DNA of 64,000 nt from a virus, in the IMG/VR virus record IMGVR_UViG_3300017757_000001; one strand, given 5' to 3'. A program made the translations under genes and the position numbers. The notes beneath the pieces are model-generated. The model was not told the origin of the DNA. It ran no database searches and saw nothing but the letters and a program-made list of their open reading frames with translations. The number at the start of each line of letters is the position of its first letter. Position 1 is the stretch's first letter. Below, in pieces: positions 28,255 through 37,221 of the stretch.

Positions 28255-28602
28255 TTATTTCCATAATACTTGAACACCTACTAAAATAAAACATAATACT
28301 AAACTAGCTATTGTTTTATTTGTTAAACCCTCTCCCATTATTTGAGACGCTAAAATAGCAAATATTAACATTCCGATAGAAAATCCAATAAATCTTCCGG
28401 GCCATATCAACCCTCCAAATGCTAGATAAGCATATTTTGTTCCATAAATGAATAAATATGAAATTGGTATACCACATAGTATTACAAACCAATTATTTTT
28501 TACAAACCAATTACTAAAAAATTGCCCGTTTAATTGAAACCAAGTTAATATGTGAGCAGCTAGGAAAAATCCTAACCCTAACAATAAGTTTTTTAAATCC
28601 AT
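28255..28602 (-). CDS. Four-TM small membrane protein (DMT/SMR-like)
   Basis: Four hydrophobic helices; GEGLTNK. Confidence 0.55.
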   Translation of the reverse strand: MDLKNLLLGLGFFLAAHILTWFQLNGQFFSNWFVKNNWFVILCGIPISYLFIYGTKYAYLAFGGLIWPGRFIGFSIGMLIFAILASQIMGEGLTNKTIASLVLCFILVGVQVLWK

Positions 28603-28808
28603 TATTTTTTGTTATTAAAATTTTTAAATAAGATACCACTTAATACGTTTAATCCTATAGCTTGCCAAAATCCAATAACATATATTCCATCAATTGCTCC
28701 TACTAAGCAAGTGTTCCATAAAAATTGTAGTGGAAATCCTAATAATATACATGCAAACATGAATACTACTACTAATGTTAAATAATCTTTTAAATCGAAA
28801 TTACCCAT
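28602..28808 (-). CDS. Small membrane protein
   Basis: LWN...IGFWQAIGL..LSGILFK. Confidence 0.55.
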   Translation of the reverse strand: MGNFDLKDYLTLVVVFMFACILLGFPLQFLWNTCLVGAIDGIYVIGFWQAIGLNVLSGILFKNFNNKK

Positions 28809-28861
28809 AACTGTTTTTGTTTATAATATACAACCTATATTTTACTTATCCTAATTATATT

Positions 28862-29100
28862 ATTACCTCCAACCACCGAGGTTTTGACGACATGACCTCT
28901 TTTTACCGTTTGCTAGAGTGCCTTATTAGGCAGCCATCGCTAATTCAACTTGTTCGCCAGTTGTTACGTTGACCTTCCTTTTACCCTTATCACCCTGTCA
29001 AATCCGATCACCCCCATGCTTTAAATATTTTTTAGTGGAGGTGGAGGGAATCGAACCCTCGTCCAAAAGTGTAGCTAATAAAAGTACTAGCGGTCATTTA
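28862..29100 (-). ncRNA. ssrA: Circularly permuted (two-piece) tmRNA
   Basis: Acceptor piece ...GGACGAGGGTTCGATTCCCTCCACCTCCA (ends 29036) lies upstream of the 5' piece GGGGGTGATCGGATTTGAC (starts 29015); G3.U70 pair; tag GEQVELAMAA** at 28958-28923; outer ends approximate. Confidence 0.9.
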
Positions 29101-29106
29101 TAATTA

Positions 29107-29514
29107 TTAATATTTTTCTGCTTCTAATACCTCTTCATCAGATGGCTCATAATCATCCATATCACCAAATTCATTTCTATAGAACTCATCTTCTTCAGCT
29201 TGTTTAGCAGCTATTTCTTCATCTTTAGCTAAATCATCTTTCCAAGCAATTGGAGCTAGTAATCCACCATTTTCAATTACAGACCATATTCTTTCTTTCC
29301 ATAAATTCATATGAACACCTTCTACAGTACATTCAAAACCTAATTTTTCAGTAAGTTTAGCTACTTTATCTAAAAATGCTGCTGTTAGCATATCAAATTC
29401 ACCTTTTATAGGGAAGTTTTTACCATACTCATCTGTTCCATTTGTATTATTTTCATACATTTCTTTAATATCTAACCAATCTGAGGTTAATATTGATTTT
29501 TTTGCTTTCGCCAT
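29107..29514 (-). CDS. Hypothetical protein with acidic C-terminus
   Basis: ORF track. Confidence 0.55.
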   Translation of the reverse strand: MAKAKKSILTSDWLDIKEMYENNTNGTDEYGKNFPIKGEFDMLTAAFLDKVAKLTEKLGFECTVEGVHMNLWKERIWSVIENGGLLAPIAWKDDLAKDEEIAAKQAEEDEFYRNEFGDMDDYEPSDEEVLEAEKY

Positions 29515-29534
29515 AACTTTTATTTTTTTAATTA

Positions 29535-29774
29535 TTAAAATGGGAGTTCATCCCTTTCTTTTTTACTAATAGGTTCTGAATGGTCATCTATTTTTCTATA
29601 ACTTAAAGATGCAAATGGTTGTTCACCTAATTCTAATACACCAACTCCCCCACCATACTTTTTATCTATTTCTCTCCTTAATTTATGTGCTTGTTTTCTA
29701 GCCATATAATCATTATCAGCATAGATATACATTTCCAATTGTACTACATATCTGTTTTTATCTCTACTCATCAT
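29535..29774 (-). CDS. Hypothetical protein
   Basis: ORF track; ends in DELPF, like an SSB-type tail. Confidence 0.55.
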   Translation of the reverse strand: MMSRDKNRYVVQLEMYIYADNDYMARKQAHKLRREIDKKYGGGVGVLELGEQPFASLSYRKIDDHSEPISKKERDELPF

Positions 29775-29994
29775 CTACTGTTATAAATTCTCTATCTGTA
29801 TCAATTTTATCAAGCATTTCAATTGCTTCTTCCATCATTTCTTTCATTTCAACTACCATATTCTCTAATTCTGCTTCTCTAACACAATTATTAATTTCAT
29901 ATTTGTAATGATCTAATTCTTCAATTTTTTCAACTACTTCTTTCAATTCTGGGACACAATCCCAACCATCTTCTATTGTTTTTATTTCACTCAT
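29764..29994 (-). CDS. Acidic hypothetical protein
   Basis: ORF track. Confidence 0.55.
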   Translation of the reverse strand: MSEIKTIEDGWDCVPELKEVVEKIEELDHYKYEINNCVREAELENMVVEMKEMMEEAIEMLDKIDTDREFITVDDE

Positions 29995-30100
29995 AACTTT
30001 TTATTTAATTTTTCATTAATATATTCTGCTATAGCTGAGCCTAATACTGCAACACAGATAATAGCATAAATTCCTAATACTACTTGATACATTTCCATAA

Positions 30101-30337
30101 TTATATGCTTTCGTTATACCACTCATTATCTAACTCTTTTGAACAACCTACTTCAATTTCATCTTTAGCAAAACCACAATAAATCAATCCAGATCCTAAC
30201 ATAACTAATAGGATAAAAAATCCCATTTCATTCAGTGGATCTGCAAAATTGATATAATTTAGAATTTCTCCTGTTCCAGTGATGTAAGCAAGATATAAAC
30301 TGAAAATACCACTAATAATATACAATACATTTTTCAT
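30101..30337 (-). CDS. Small membrane protein
   Basis: Two TM segments. Confidence 0.55.
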   Translation of the reverse strand: MKNVLYIISGIFSLYLAYITGTGEILNYINFADPLNEMGFFILLVMLGSGLIYCGFAKDEIEVGCSKELDNEWYNESI

Positions 30338-30361
30338 TTTTTTTATTTTTTAATTTATAAT

Positions 30362-30547
30362 TTACGAATTAGTTCTTGAATAAGCTCCATTATATTGATA
30401 CATTATCCCTAATGTTGGATGCTTAATATTATTACCATATTCAACCATATCTACTAATTTTTTAGACATTGCTTGAACTTTTAATGCTGTAATAAACACT
30501 ACTTCATTTATTACTTTTGAATTTGATGGATTTAAATTTACTTTCAT
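30362..30547 (-). CDS. Hypothetical early protein
   Basis: ORF track; downstream of a promoter. Confidence 0.5.
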   Translation of the reverse strand: MKVNLNPSNSKVINEVVFITALKVQAMSKKLVDMVEYGNNIKHPTLGIMYQYNGAYSRTNS

Positions 30548-30592
30548 ATAACCTTTATTTTAATTTAATTTTGTTTTCCGGCTTCGCGCCTT

Positions 30593-30650
30593 ATTTACCC
30601 GTAAATATACGAAAGATATCTGGCTTCTCCAAATATCTTCGCATAAGTCT
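30593..30650 (-). promoter_or_regulatory. Long-class phage promoter
   Basis: AGACTT-N11-TTTGG-N15-TTCGTATATTTAC-GG-GTAAAT. Confidence 0.8.
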
Positions 30651-30655
30651 TTAAT

Positions 30656-31177
30656 TTATTTTTCATTAATTTGAAATGCACTTTCAATTACTCTTCGATA
30701 ACCATTGAATCTTTTATCACCATTATCAATTAACACACCATCCTTAACACATAATGCATGTTTTTCAACTAATACAATAAATGTACCTTTTGTGAATTTT
30801 TGCATAAATGCTTTAACAGTATAAGCAACTGGTTTGTGCTTATATTTTCTATTGATTAATTTACCACCATTTTTGGGACAATCACCAATATGTTTAATTG
30901 TGAATTGATTTGAAGTTAATTCATTAAATAATGATAATTGAGCTCCTGTTTCAATTGGAAATTCAACATCCGTAATTCCCTTTAATGTGGAATTCATCAT
31001 TTTGGTTCCTTTTCTTGGTTTTCTATTTAATGCATCTGCACACCATTTGTGAGCAACATTATAACCAATTTCGAATGCATTTGCTACTGCTCTAACTGCA
31101 CAATCATTTTTTTCACCTTGTGCTAAAATTGAACCACTAACTGCATAACCATTTGTAAATACTTTTGAATCTAACAT
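30656..31177 (-). CDS. Putative papain/C39-like cysteine peptidase fold protein
   Basis: NDCAVRAVA ... HALCVKDGVLID (Cys-His-Asp arrangement). Confidence 0.55.
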   Translation of the reverse strand: MLDSKVFTNGYAVSGSILAQGEKNDCAVRAVANAFEIGYNVAHKWCADALNRKPRKGTKMMNSTLKGITDVEFPIETGAQLSLFNELTSNQFTIKHIGDCPKNGGKLINRKYKHKPVAYTVKAFMQKFTKGTFIVLVEKHALCVKDGVLIDNGDKRFNGYRRVIESAFQINEK

Positions 31178-31223
31178 AACCTTTATTTATTTTTAATTAA
31201 TATTTGTGCTTTTTTGGCACCTC

Positions 31224-31282
31224 ATTTACAGGGTAAATATACGAACTAGAATTCGCTTCTCCAAATATCTTCGCGAGAGTCT
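31224..31282 (-). promoter_or_regulatory. Long-class phage promoter
   Basis: AGACTC-N11-TTTGG-N15-TTCGTATATTTAC-CCT-GTAAAT. Confidence 0.8.
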
Positions 31283-31750
31283 TTAAAAGCCCCCATGATC
31301 TGCATCACTAAATTTAATTAATTTATTAAAACAATTCATATTCAACATTTTATTTCGTTTCTTATCACCCATTTGATCCATTAATTTAATACGCATATGA
31401 TTGCGTACTATATCATGAATAACATACACATCACCACCTAGATCGTTAATTAAGTCTTCATTATCCAATACAATTTGAGCTGATACTTTTTCATGGCCAT
31501 AATGTGTAATATGTCCCTTTATAGGATGAGTTCCAGCAGTAACATCTTTACCAATATCATGAAATATAGCTGCTAGTAATAAATCAATATCATCAAATTT
31601 CTCTAACCTACTAAATACTACACTAGTATGAGTTAAAACATCACCCTCAGGATGAAAATCTCTCCTTTGGTCAAAATTACTAAGGTTTAAAATTCTTAAT
31701 CTTAAATCCTTAGGAAACTTACTAATTATTTTTAAAAATCTTTTATTCAT
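31283..31750 (-). CDS. HD-domain phosphatase, homologous to the C-terminal domain of multifunctional CCA enzymes
   Basis: Q..DFHPEGDVLTHT, AAIFHDIGK, HYGHE, HM, AD; start MNKRF overlaps the upstream stop (TAATG). Confidence 0.8.
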   Translation of the reverse strand: MNKRFLKIISKFPKDLRLRILNLSNFDQRRDFHPEGDVLTHTSVVFSRLEKFDDIDLLLAAIFHDIGKDVTAGTHPIKGHITHYGHEKVSAQIVLDNEDLINDLGGDVYVIHDIVRNHMRIKLMDQMGDKKRNKMLNMNCFNKLIKFSDADHGGF

Positions 31751-32469
31751 TAGTGTTTTGTTGTGGGCATTAACCACATTCCATCTTTAAATATTACTTC
31801 CATCAAACCAGGAACTGTATCTATTGTTCTTAATGATCTTATAGTATCATGTTTCATCATTTTACTAACTTCTTCTCTTATTCTTTCTTGTGAAACTACT
31901 TCTTCTAATTTATCTAATAAATCAAGTTGCTTCATTGCATCACTTAATTCTTTACATATTTTAAAATCTTTAGTAACACTAAATCTTAAGGCTCTTAGTA
32001 ATCTTAAAGGATCATCCATTAAAGTAACCATTGGATCTAATGGAGTTCTTAATATTTTATCTTCTAAATCTTTTAATCCCCCAAATAGATCAACTAATTG
32101 ACCATCTTCAGTTTTACATAAAGCATTTACAGTAAAATCTCTTCTTACCATATCATCTTCAAATGAACCTAACTCTAATATTGGCTTTCTAGTTCCAGGG
32201 ATAACACCTATTTCCTTTCTAGCCATTACAAAATCAGCAACTAAACCTTCATGTTGGTGTCCTTTAGGAAACATAGCTCTAACAGTAAAACAATCTTTAG
32301 TTTTAAGAAATATTTTAAAACCTTCTTGTTTAAGAAAATCTAACATCTTCTCCCAACCTTCATCTACTGATAAAGTAAAATCATCTAGTTCAACAGTAAA
32401 ATCTATATCTTTTGTGTGGAGTCCTAACAACTCATCCCTAACACACCCACCTACTTCAAATAGTTTCAT
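31750..32469 (-). CDS. cca: tRNA nucleotidyltransferase (CCA-adding enzyme, class II head/neck)
   Basis: VGGCVRDELLG..KDIDF, RRDFTVNA, DLFGGLKDL, DDPLRLLRALRF, ERIREE. Confidence 0.9.
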   Translation of the reverse strand: MKLFEVGGCVRDELLGLHTKDIDFTVELDDFTLSVDEGWEKMLDFLKQEGFKIFLKTKDCFTVRAMFPKGHQHEGLVADFVMARKEIGVIPGTRKPILELGSFEDDMVRRDFTVNALCKTEDGQLVDLFGGLKDLEDKILRTPLDPMVTLMDDPLRLLRALRFSVTKDFKICKELSDAMKQLDLLDKLEEVVSQERIREEVSKMMKHDTIRSLRTIDTVPGLMEVIFKDGMWLMPTTKH

Positions 32470-32487
32470 AACCTTTATTTTTTCATT

Positions 32488-32546
32488 ATTTACGGGGTAA
32501 ATATACGAAGGCTCCCTTGGGGAGCCAAATATTTTCGCATAAGTCT
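32488..32546 (-). promoter_or_regulatory. Long-class promoter with a GGCTCCC/GGGAGCC hairpin spacer
   Basis: AGACTT-N11-TTTGGCTCCCCAAGGGAGCC-TTCGTATATTTAC-CCC-GTAAAT. Confidence 0.8.
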
Positions 32547-32555
32547 TTTTGGGGT

Positions 32556-33251
32556 TTACAGAGAATTTCTTAAATAACCAACTACATATGAAATTAAATC
32601 TTCTTTAGCTGGTTCAATATCTGTGATTTCAGTTGAAGGACCTTTACTCCATTTTTCAAATTCATAATGAATATTATCTAAATGATCATCTAAATCCATC
32701 AATTCAACATATCCACCATGTGTTAAGGATATTTCATTTAATTCTTTTTCATTAGGGTTATCTTTAGCTATCCCAGATAATTCTTCTGCTCCTTTAATAG
32801 CTTGATCTAAACCATCAAAAACATCATCACTTCCAACTACTTCATAAAAATCATCTTTTATTTCTTTGATTTTCCTAATAAAAAGTTTAATGTCATCTGG
32901 ATTACCCTTAGCCCAAACACCTTCTTTTAATGGCTCACTAAAATAATCATCTGCTCTTGTTTCTAAATCTTCAACTTCTTCATCTGACATTTTTCCTTTC
33001 ATGAATACTTTATCCATGTCAATTGTTTTTGGATTTCGAGATAACTGAGTTTCATCATACTCTGCTGTCCTACCATTAGGAAATGCAACAGTATAAGCCA
33101 TTAAATTAGACCCAAACATTCTCCTCATATCAAGGACTTTTAATACCTCTTTGTCTGTAGAATTTCCTCTAAGTATTACTTCATCATCTATTGCAAATAC
33201 CTCAGTTAATTTTCCTTCAGTTAGATATTTTTTTAAATTAAATTTGTCCAT
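32556..33251 (-). CDS. Acidic protein, putative head-internal protein
   Basis: MDKFNLKKYLTEGKLTE start; repeated L-x-E motifs. Confidence 0.55.
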   Translation of the reverse strand: MDKFNLKKYLTEGKLTEVFAIDDEVILRGNSTDKEVLKVLDMRRMFGSNLMAYTVAFPNGRTAEYDETQLSRNPKTIDMDKVFMKGKMSDEEVEDLETRADDYFSEPLKEGVWAKGNPDDIKLFIRKIKEIKDDFYEVVGSDDVFDGLDQAIKGAEELSGIAKDNPNEKELNEISLTHGGYVELMDLDDHLDNIHYEFEKWSKGPSTEITDIEPAKEDLISYVVGYLRNSL

Positions 33252-33262
33252 TTTTATAATTT

Positions 33263-33916
33263 TTAAGAATCCATTCTATCTGCAACATAATTGCTGTAGT
33301 CTTCTAAGTAATCATCCATATCAAATTCAAGATAAGCTTCTACTCTTCCAGCTTTTATATCTCTTTCAAGTGATTCCATATAGGCATCTAACCCATAATT
33401 AACTTCTCCATCACCACCTTCTTCAGCACTAATATAATTTCTAATAGCATCTAAGTCTATATTTTCTTTAACTATATTACCTTCAGAAAGGAATTTTTGC
33501 CATTTTACTTCGTAACTTTCATCCATTGTTTTGTGTTCTTTTACATTCCATAAATCTAATAATCTTTCATATGATGTTCTAATACCCTCATGTCTTAAAG
33601 TATTCCACATTCTCCCATCCCAAAAATGAATCCACATTGCACCACCCTCATCAGCAGCTTCAGCAAATTCCATTGCTAGATCATCTAAATTACCTTTAGT
33701 TATTATTTCAGCTCCACCATCATTATAATAATCAACCTCACCATCATACACCGCTCTAATTGATGACTTATTAACTAAATCTTGTGCCAAATTATCAGCG
33801 TTGAAGTTTTTATTTAATTCATCTTGTAGATCTGCACCACCATCAAAATGATTATATACAGTTTTAACCATTCCATTTGGAAGATCTACTACTGCTATTT
33901 GTGCTCTTGTGCTCAT
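33263..33916 (-). CDS. Conserved phage hypothetical protein
   Basis: MSTRAQI...VKTVYNHFDG N-terminal domain; late-promoter motif upstream. Confidence 0.55.
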   Translation of the reverse strand: MSTRAQIAVVDLPNGMVKTVYNHFDGGADLQDELNKNFNADNLAQDLVNKSSIRAVYDGEVDYYNDGGAEIITKGNLDDLAMEFAEAADEGGAMWIHFWDGRMWNTLRHEGIRTSYERLLDLWNVKEHKTMDESYEVKWQKFLSEGNIVKENIDLDAIRNYISAEEGGDGEVNYGLDAYMESLERDIKAGRVEAYLEFDMDDYLEDYSNYVADRMDS

Positions 33917-33951
33917 TGTTTTGTTATTTAGTTATACATATTGCCCCTTCA

Positions 33952-34362
33952 TCAGAGATCATATTTTTCTTGATATTGTTTTACAAAACTATTACCAACA
34001 CCAATTTCTAATATTATAGCATTATCAGGAACCCCTGGTAGTTTTGGTTTGGATAGAATATAATCTATATTTTCATTCCTCCAAACTTTCATTTTAGTTC
34101 TAGCATTTGAACGATTTGATGATTTAAATACCATCACAACAGGCATTTTGTTATATGCTTTACCTTTTTCAGCTTTAACTTTTTGGGGTTTAAATCCTTT
34201 AGGATAAGATATTTCTGTTTTATATGGGCCATTAGCAAATTTATCTAAATCATAATACCATGTATGAGTTTCACCCAATTCTGGTTTAGAAGGATATTGA
34301 TGAAATACTTGAGTGTACTTCCTTTTTACTTCTACTTGTTCTGATGGTCTACCTCTACTCAT
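33952..34362 (-). CDS. Basic hypothetical protein
   Basis: ORF track; RGRP at the N-terminus. Confidence 0.55.
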   Translation of the reverse strand: MSRGRPSEQVEVKRKYTQVFHQYPSKPELGETHTWYYDLDKFANGPYKTEISYPKGFKPQKVKAEKGKAYNKMPVVMVFKSSNRSNARTKMKVWRNENIDYILSKPKLPGVPDNAIILEIGVGNSFVKQYQEKYDL

Positions 34363-34586
34363 TATCTATACAATGTAATATAATCACCAAAATATTTATC
34401 AAATACTGAAATTAAATGTTCATAATCACCTTCCATCATTTGATTTTGAATATCTTTTCCATTTAGCCCTAATTGTTTAGCATAATGTTTAGCATAACCT
34501 AATAATGCAAATGCATTTCCATCAGGTCCTGTTAAATCAATCTCAATTGGAGATTTCTTTTTAAGTTTAATATCTTTTATAGCCAT
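34362..34586 (-). CDS. Conserved phage hypothetical protein
   Basis: LTGPDGNAFALLG...GDYEHL motif. Confidence 0.6.
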   Translation of the reverse strand: MAIKDIKLKKKSPIEIDLTGPDGNAFALLGYAKHYAKQLGLNGKDIQNQMMEGDYEHLISVFDKYFGDYITLYR

Positions 34587-34589
34587 AAT

Positions 34590-34796
34590 TTATTTATTTT
34601 TATTTAATTTATTTCTTATTTCCTCAAAAAGAGGTAGTAATTCATCTTCAAAACCACAGGTCCAATTTTCTACATTTTCATTATTTATTTTCTCTTCAAA
34701 CATATTTAATTCTTCCTCGGTTGCATCAAAATAATTTAGTAAAATTCCTTGAACATAAAATTTACTTTCTTTTATTAGTATCGGACTTATTGCCAT
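34590..34796 (-). CDS. Hypothetical protein
   Basis: ORF track. Confidence 0.5.
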   Translation of the reverse strand: MAISPILIKESKFYVQGILLNYFDATEEELNMFEEKINNENVENWTCGFEDELLPLFEEIRNKLNKNK

Positions 34797-35053
34797 ATTT
34801 TTATATTTTTATAGTTAATTTTACCTATTGATCTCTTACCTAACATATCAAATGTATATAATGTAACACAGGTAGGACCCCATTTAGTAACATTCATTCC
34901 TCTGAATTCAGCATTAATTGCATTTGCCTCTTTATTTACCTCAAATACTTTTGGATTCATTCCATACTCACCATCATCACCTTTACAATAAGAAGTAATA
35001 CCTTTAATTGTAAATTTTATATTACCTTTCTGCAACTGTTTTTTAATATTCAT
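34787..35053 (-). CDS. Hypothetical early protein
   Basis: Start moved to MNIKK because the annotated ATG lies within the promoter. Confidence 0.55.
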   Translation of the reverse strand: MNIKKQLQKGNIKFTIKGITSYCKGDDGEYGMNPKVFEVNKEANAINAEFRGMNVTKWGPTCVTLYTFDMLGKRSIGKINYKNIKIWQ

Positions 35054-35078
35054 ATAACCTTTATTTGTTTTTAACCTC

Positions 35079-35136
35079 ATTTATACATAAATATACGAAG
35101 GCTCCCTCAGGGAGCCAAATTTTTATGCATAAGTCT
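35079..35136 (-). promoter_or_regulatory. Long-class promoter with a GGCTCCC/GGGAGCC hairpin spacer
   Basis: AGACTT-N11-TTTGGCTCCCTGAGGGAGCC-TTCGTATATTTAT-GT-ATAAAT. Confidence 0.8.
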
Positions 35137-35145
35137 TCAACTAAT

Positions 35146-35454
35146 TTAATGTTTTCTATGGAATATGGGTATAGTAATTGATATTGTTATTCCACCTAAT
35201 ACTGTAGCTAATAAATCTTTATTATCAAATTCTTCATCAATTACTTCTTTTGCAATTCCAGCTGCACTTGACAAAACAATTCCACCCAATATAGCTTGTT
35301 TTTTATTGTGGGTTCTTTGCCAAATCATATCATATCCTAATGCCCCAAAAACTGTACCTGCTGTAAAATGTATTTGTTTATCTTTTTCATTTATTGATTG
35401 GGGAAACATAGTAGATGATATTAAAAATACTATAATCAATAAAATTCTATCCAT
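35146..35454 (-). CDS. YfiM/DUF2279-like small membrane protein
   Basis: DKQIHFTAG...GIAKEVID...DLLATVLG. Confidence 0.65.
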   Translation of the reverse strand: MDRILLIIVFLISSTMFPQSINEKDKQIHFTAGTVFGALGYDMIWQRTHNKKQAILGGIVLSSAAGIAKEVIDEEFDNKDLLATVLGGITISITIPIFHRKH

Positions 35455-35456
35455 AT

Positions 35457-36158
35457 TTAACGTGGTCTTTTAGTTGATCTATTAGTTGATCTATTAGTTG
35501 ATCTATTGTTATTAATTGGTTTACTATTGTTTATAATGGGTTTACTATTATTGTATGTGGGTCTATTATTACGTATAGGTTTATTATTCCACACAGGTTT
35601 AGTATTATTAATTACTGGTTTAGTATTATTAATTACTGGTTTATTTACTATTATAGGTTTATCATTATTAGGTTTTGGATTATTGTATACAATTCTATTA
35701 TTATTTCTTTTATTAATTTTTATATTATTGCTAATATTGCTTCTTCTACTATAATTATATACTACATTATAACTTTGGTTGTTAAATGGTCCTTGGTACC
35801 AACTATTATATGGTCTCATATACCAATCCCAATAATTCCAAGGAGTATAATAAGAATAAAAATTACCATAATAAAAATCAAAATCTAACCATAATGGTCT
35901 AGTATTCCAAAATCCATAATTATGTCCATAAATAAATCTTGGTCTAAGTGGCTTAAATTCTAAACGAATTGTAGAATAATTTAAAGTTGTAAATGAAGTA
36001 GTTCCATCTTCAATTTCATCAACATAAACTACATCAGTATCACAGCATTTATCTATTTGATGCATTGTACCACAACCCACAAAGGTCATACTAAATATAA
36101 GTGATAATAATACTATAATTGTTCTTAATACTTTTTGTTTAAAATTTATTTCATTCAT
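35457..36158 (-). CDS. Putative lipoprotein with aromatic-rich core and Asn/Arg low-complexity tail
   Basis: TFVG-C lipobox; NNTKPVI and NRST tandem repeats. Confidence 0.6.
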   Translation of the reverse strand: MNEINFKQKVLRTIIVLLSLIFSMTFVGCGTMHQIDKCCDTDVVYVDEIEDGTTSFTTLNYSTIRLEFKPLRPRFIYGHNYGFWNTRPLWLDFDFYYGNFYSYYTPWNYWDWYMRPYNSWYQGPFNNQSYNVVYNYSRRSNISNNIKINKRNNNRIVYNNPKPNNDKPIIVNKPVINNTKPVINNTKPVWNNKPIRNNRPTYNNSKPIINNSKPINNNRSTNRSTNRSTKRPR

Positions 36159-36161
36159 AAT

Positions 36162-36728
36162 TTAAATGACTCCCGCCATAATTTTAGTTAATTCTTTTCC
36201 ACCTATTGTTCTAGTGTACCAACCATCACCATCCTTTTTTCCATCTGGATGCCTTCCATGCCATTTTAATGGTTTATTATTTCCTAATACTGCTCTGACT
36301 ATTCGTTCATCATCTATAGTAGGTACTCCTCCATACCCTACTAATGAATCAAAAGCTGTACCACTTACTTCTACATAATTACCAGGTGTTTTTAATAATT
36401 GTGTTTTTTTAGTTAGTAAATTTTTGATATTTGGTCTTTCCCCATCATGACCCATTCCTGTATGTTTAACTCCATATGGTCCTTGCTTACCAAAGAATAC
36501 AACATCAATTTCAGGATCCTCATCAATATCTGCTACTTGCCAATATGCTAAACTACTTTGATTTATATCATCAGATGATTTAAATTTAACATGACCCCCT
36601 ATACTAGCATAAGCATTTTGTATTAAATCAAATAATACTTCCTTTTCTTGATTTTTCTCAGTAGAAGTTGGTTCTACATACTTTCCTTTAGGGAAATCCT
36701 CCACTAAAATATCTATTAATTTTTTCAT
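36162..36728 (-). CDS. Hypothetical late protein
   Basis: MKKLIDILVE start; late-promoter motif at 36766-36774. Confidence 0.55.
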   Translation of the reverse strand: MKKLIDILVEDFPKGKYVEPTSTEKNQEKEVLFDLIQNAYASIGGHVKFKSSDDINQSSLAYWQVADIDEDPEIDVVFFGKQGPYGVKHTGMGHDGERPNIKNLLTKKTQLLKTPGNYVEVSGTAFDSLVGYGGVPTIDDERIVRAVLGNNKPLKWHGRHPDGKKDGDGWYTRTIGGKELTKIMAGVI

Positions 36729-36732
36729 AATG

Positions 36733-37221
36733 TTATTGAGTTAGTAAAAAATGATCTACTCCGTCTATAAATATCGGAAGAGGTACTCTATGCGCCATTT
36801 CATTTTCAATACTAACTGATAAACCATCAAAATTTTCTAATTCTTTTAATGTTTTACTTGGATCAATTACTTTATCATTTTTTCCTAAAATAACTAAACC
36901 TTCTAATTTTTCTTTACCTGATTTAGCTCCTTCAATCTCAATAGATCTACTATGTAATGCAGGATTAAATGCTAATACTTTTGTTTTTACATGGGTTGCT
37001 AATAGCATTGCAAAATATCCTCCCATACTAGAACCTATAATTAAATCTGGTTCTTCTCTTTGTACATAATCCAACCAATCTTCAAATACTTTTGGATCAT
37101 TATAATCCATTGCTGGTGCGTCTACAAAATCAACTTCATAACTAAGAAATTGGACTTTTTCACCACCTGGTGCACTTTCTAATCCGTGGAAATACAAAAC
37201 ATTTTTATATTTATTTGTCAT
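36733..37221 (-). CDS. YqiA/UPF0227 alpha/beta hydrolase (esterase)
   Basis: YFHGLES, IGSSMGG, FNPAL, D..I, H. Confidence 0.85.
   Translation of the reverse strand: MTNKYKNVLYFHGLESAPGGEKVQFLSYEVDFVDAPAMDYNDPKVFEDWLDYVQREEPDLIIGSSMGGYFAMLLATHVKTKVLAFNPALHSRSIEIEGAKSGKEKLEGLVILGKNDKVIDPSKTLKELENFDGLSVSIENEMAHRVPLPIFIDGVDHFLLTQ

Noticed and set aside
28602-28808. MGNFDLKDYLT as a capsid-targeting leader
   Set aside because: No following Glu site; protein is an integral membrane type under an early-type promoter
35465-35650. Tandem DNA repeats (TAGTTGATCTAT x3, GGTTTAGTATTATTAATTACT x2)
   Set aside because: Explained by NRST and NNTKPVI peptide repeats within a CDS
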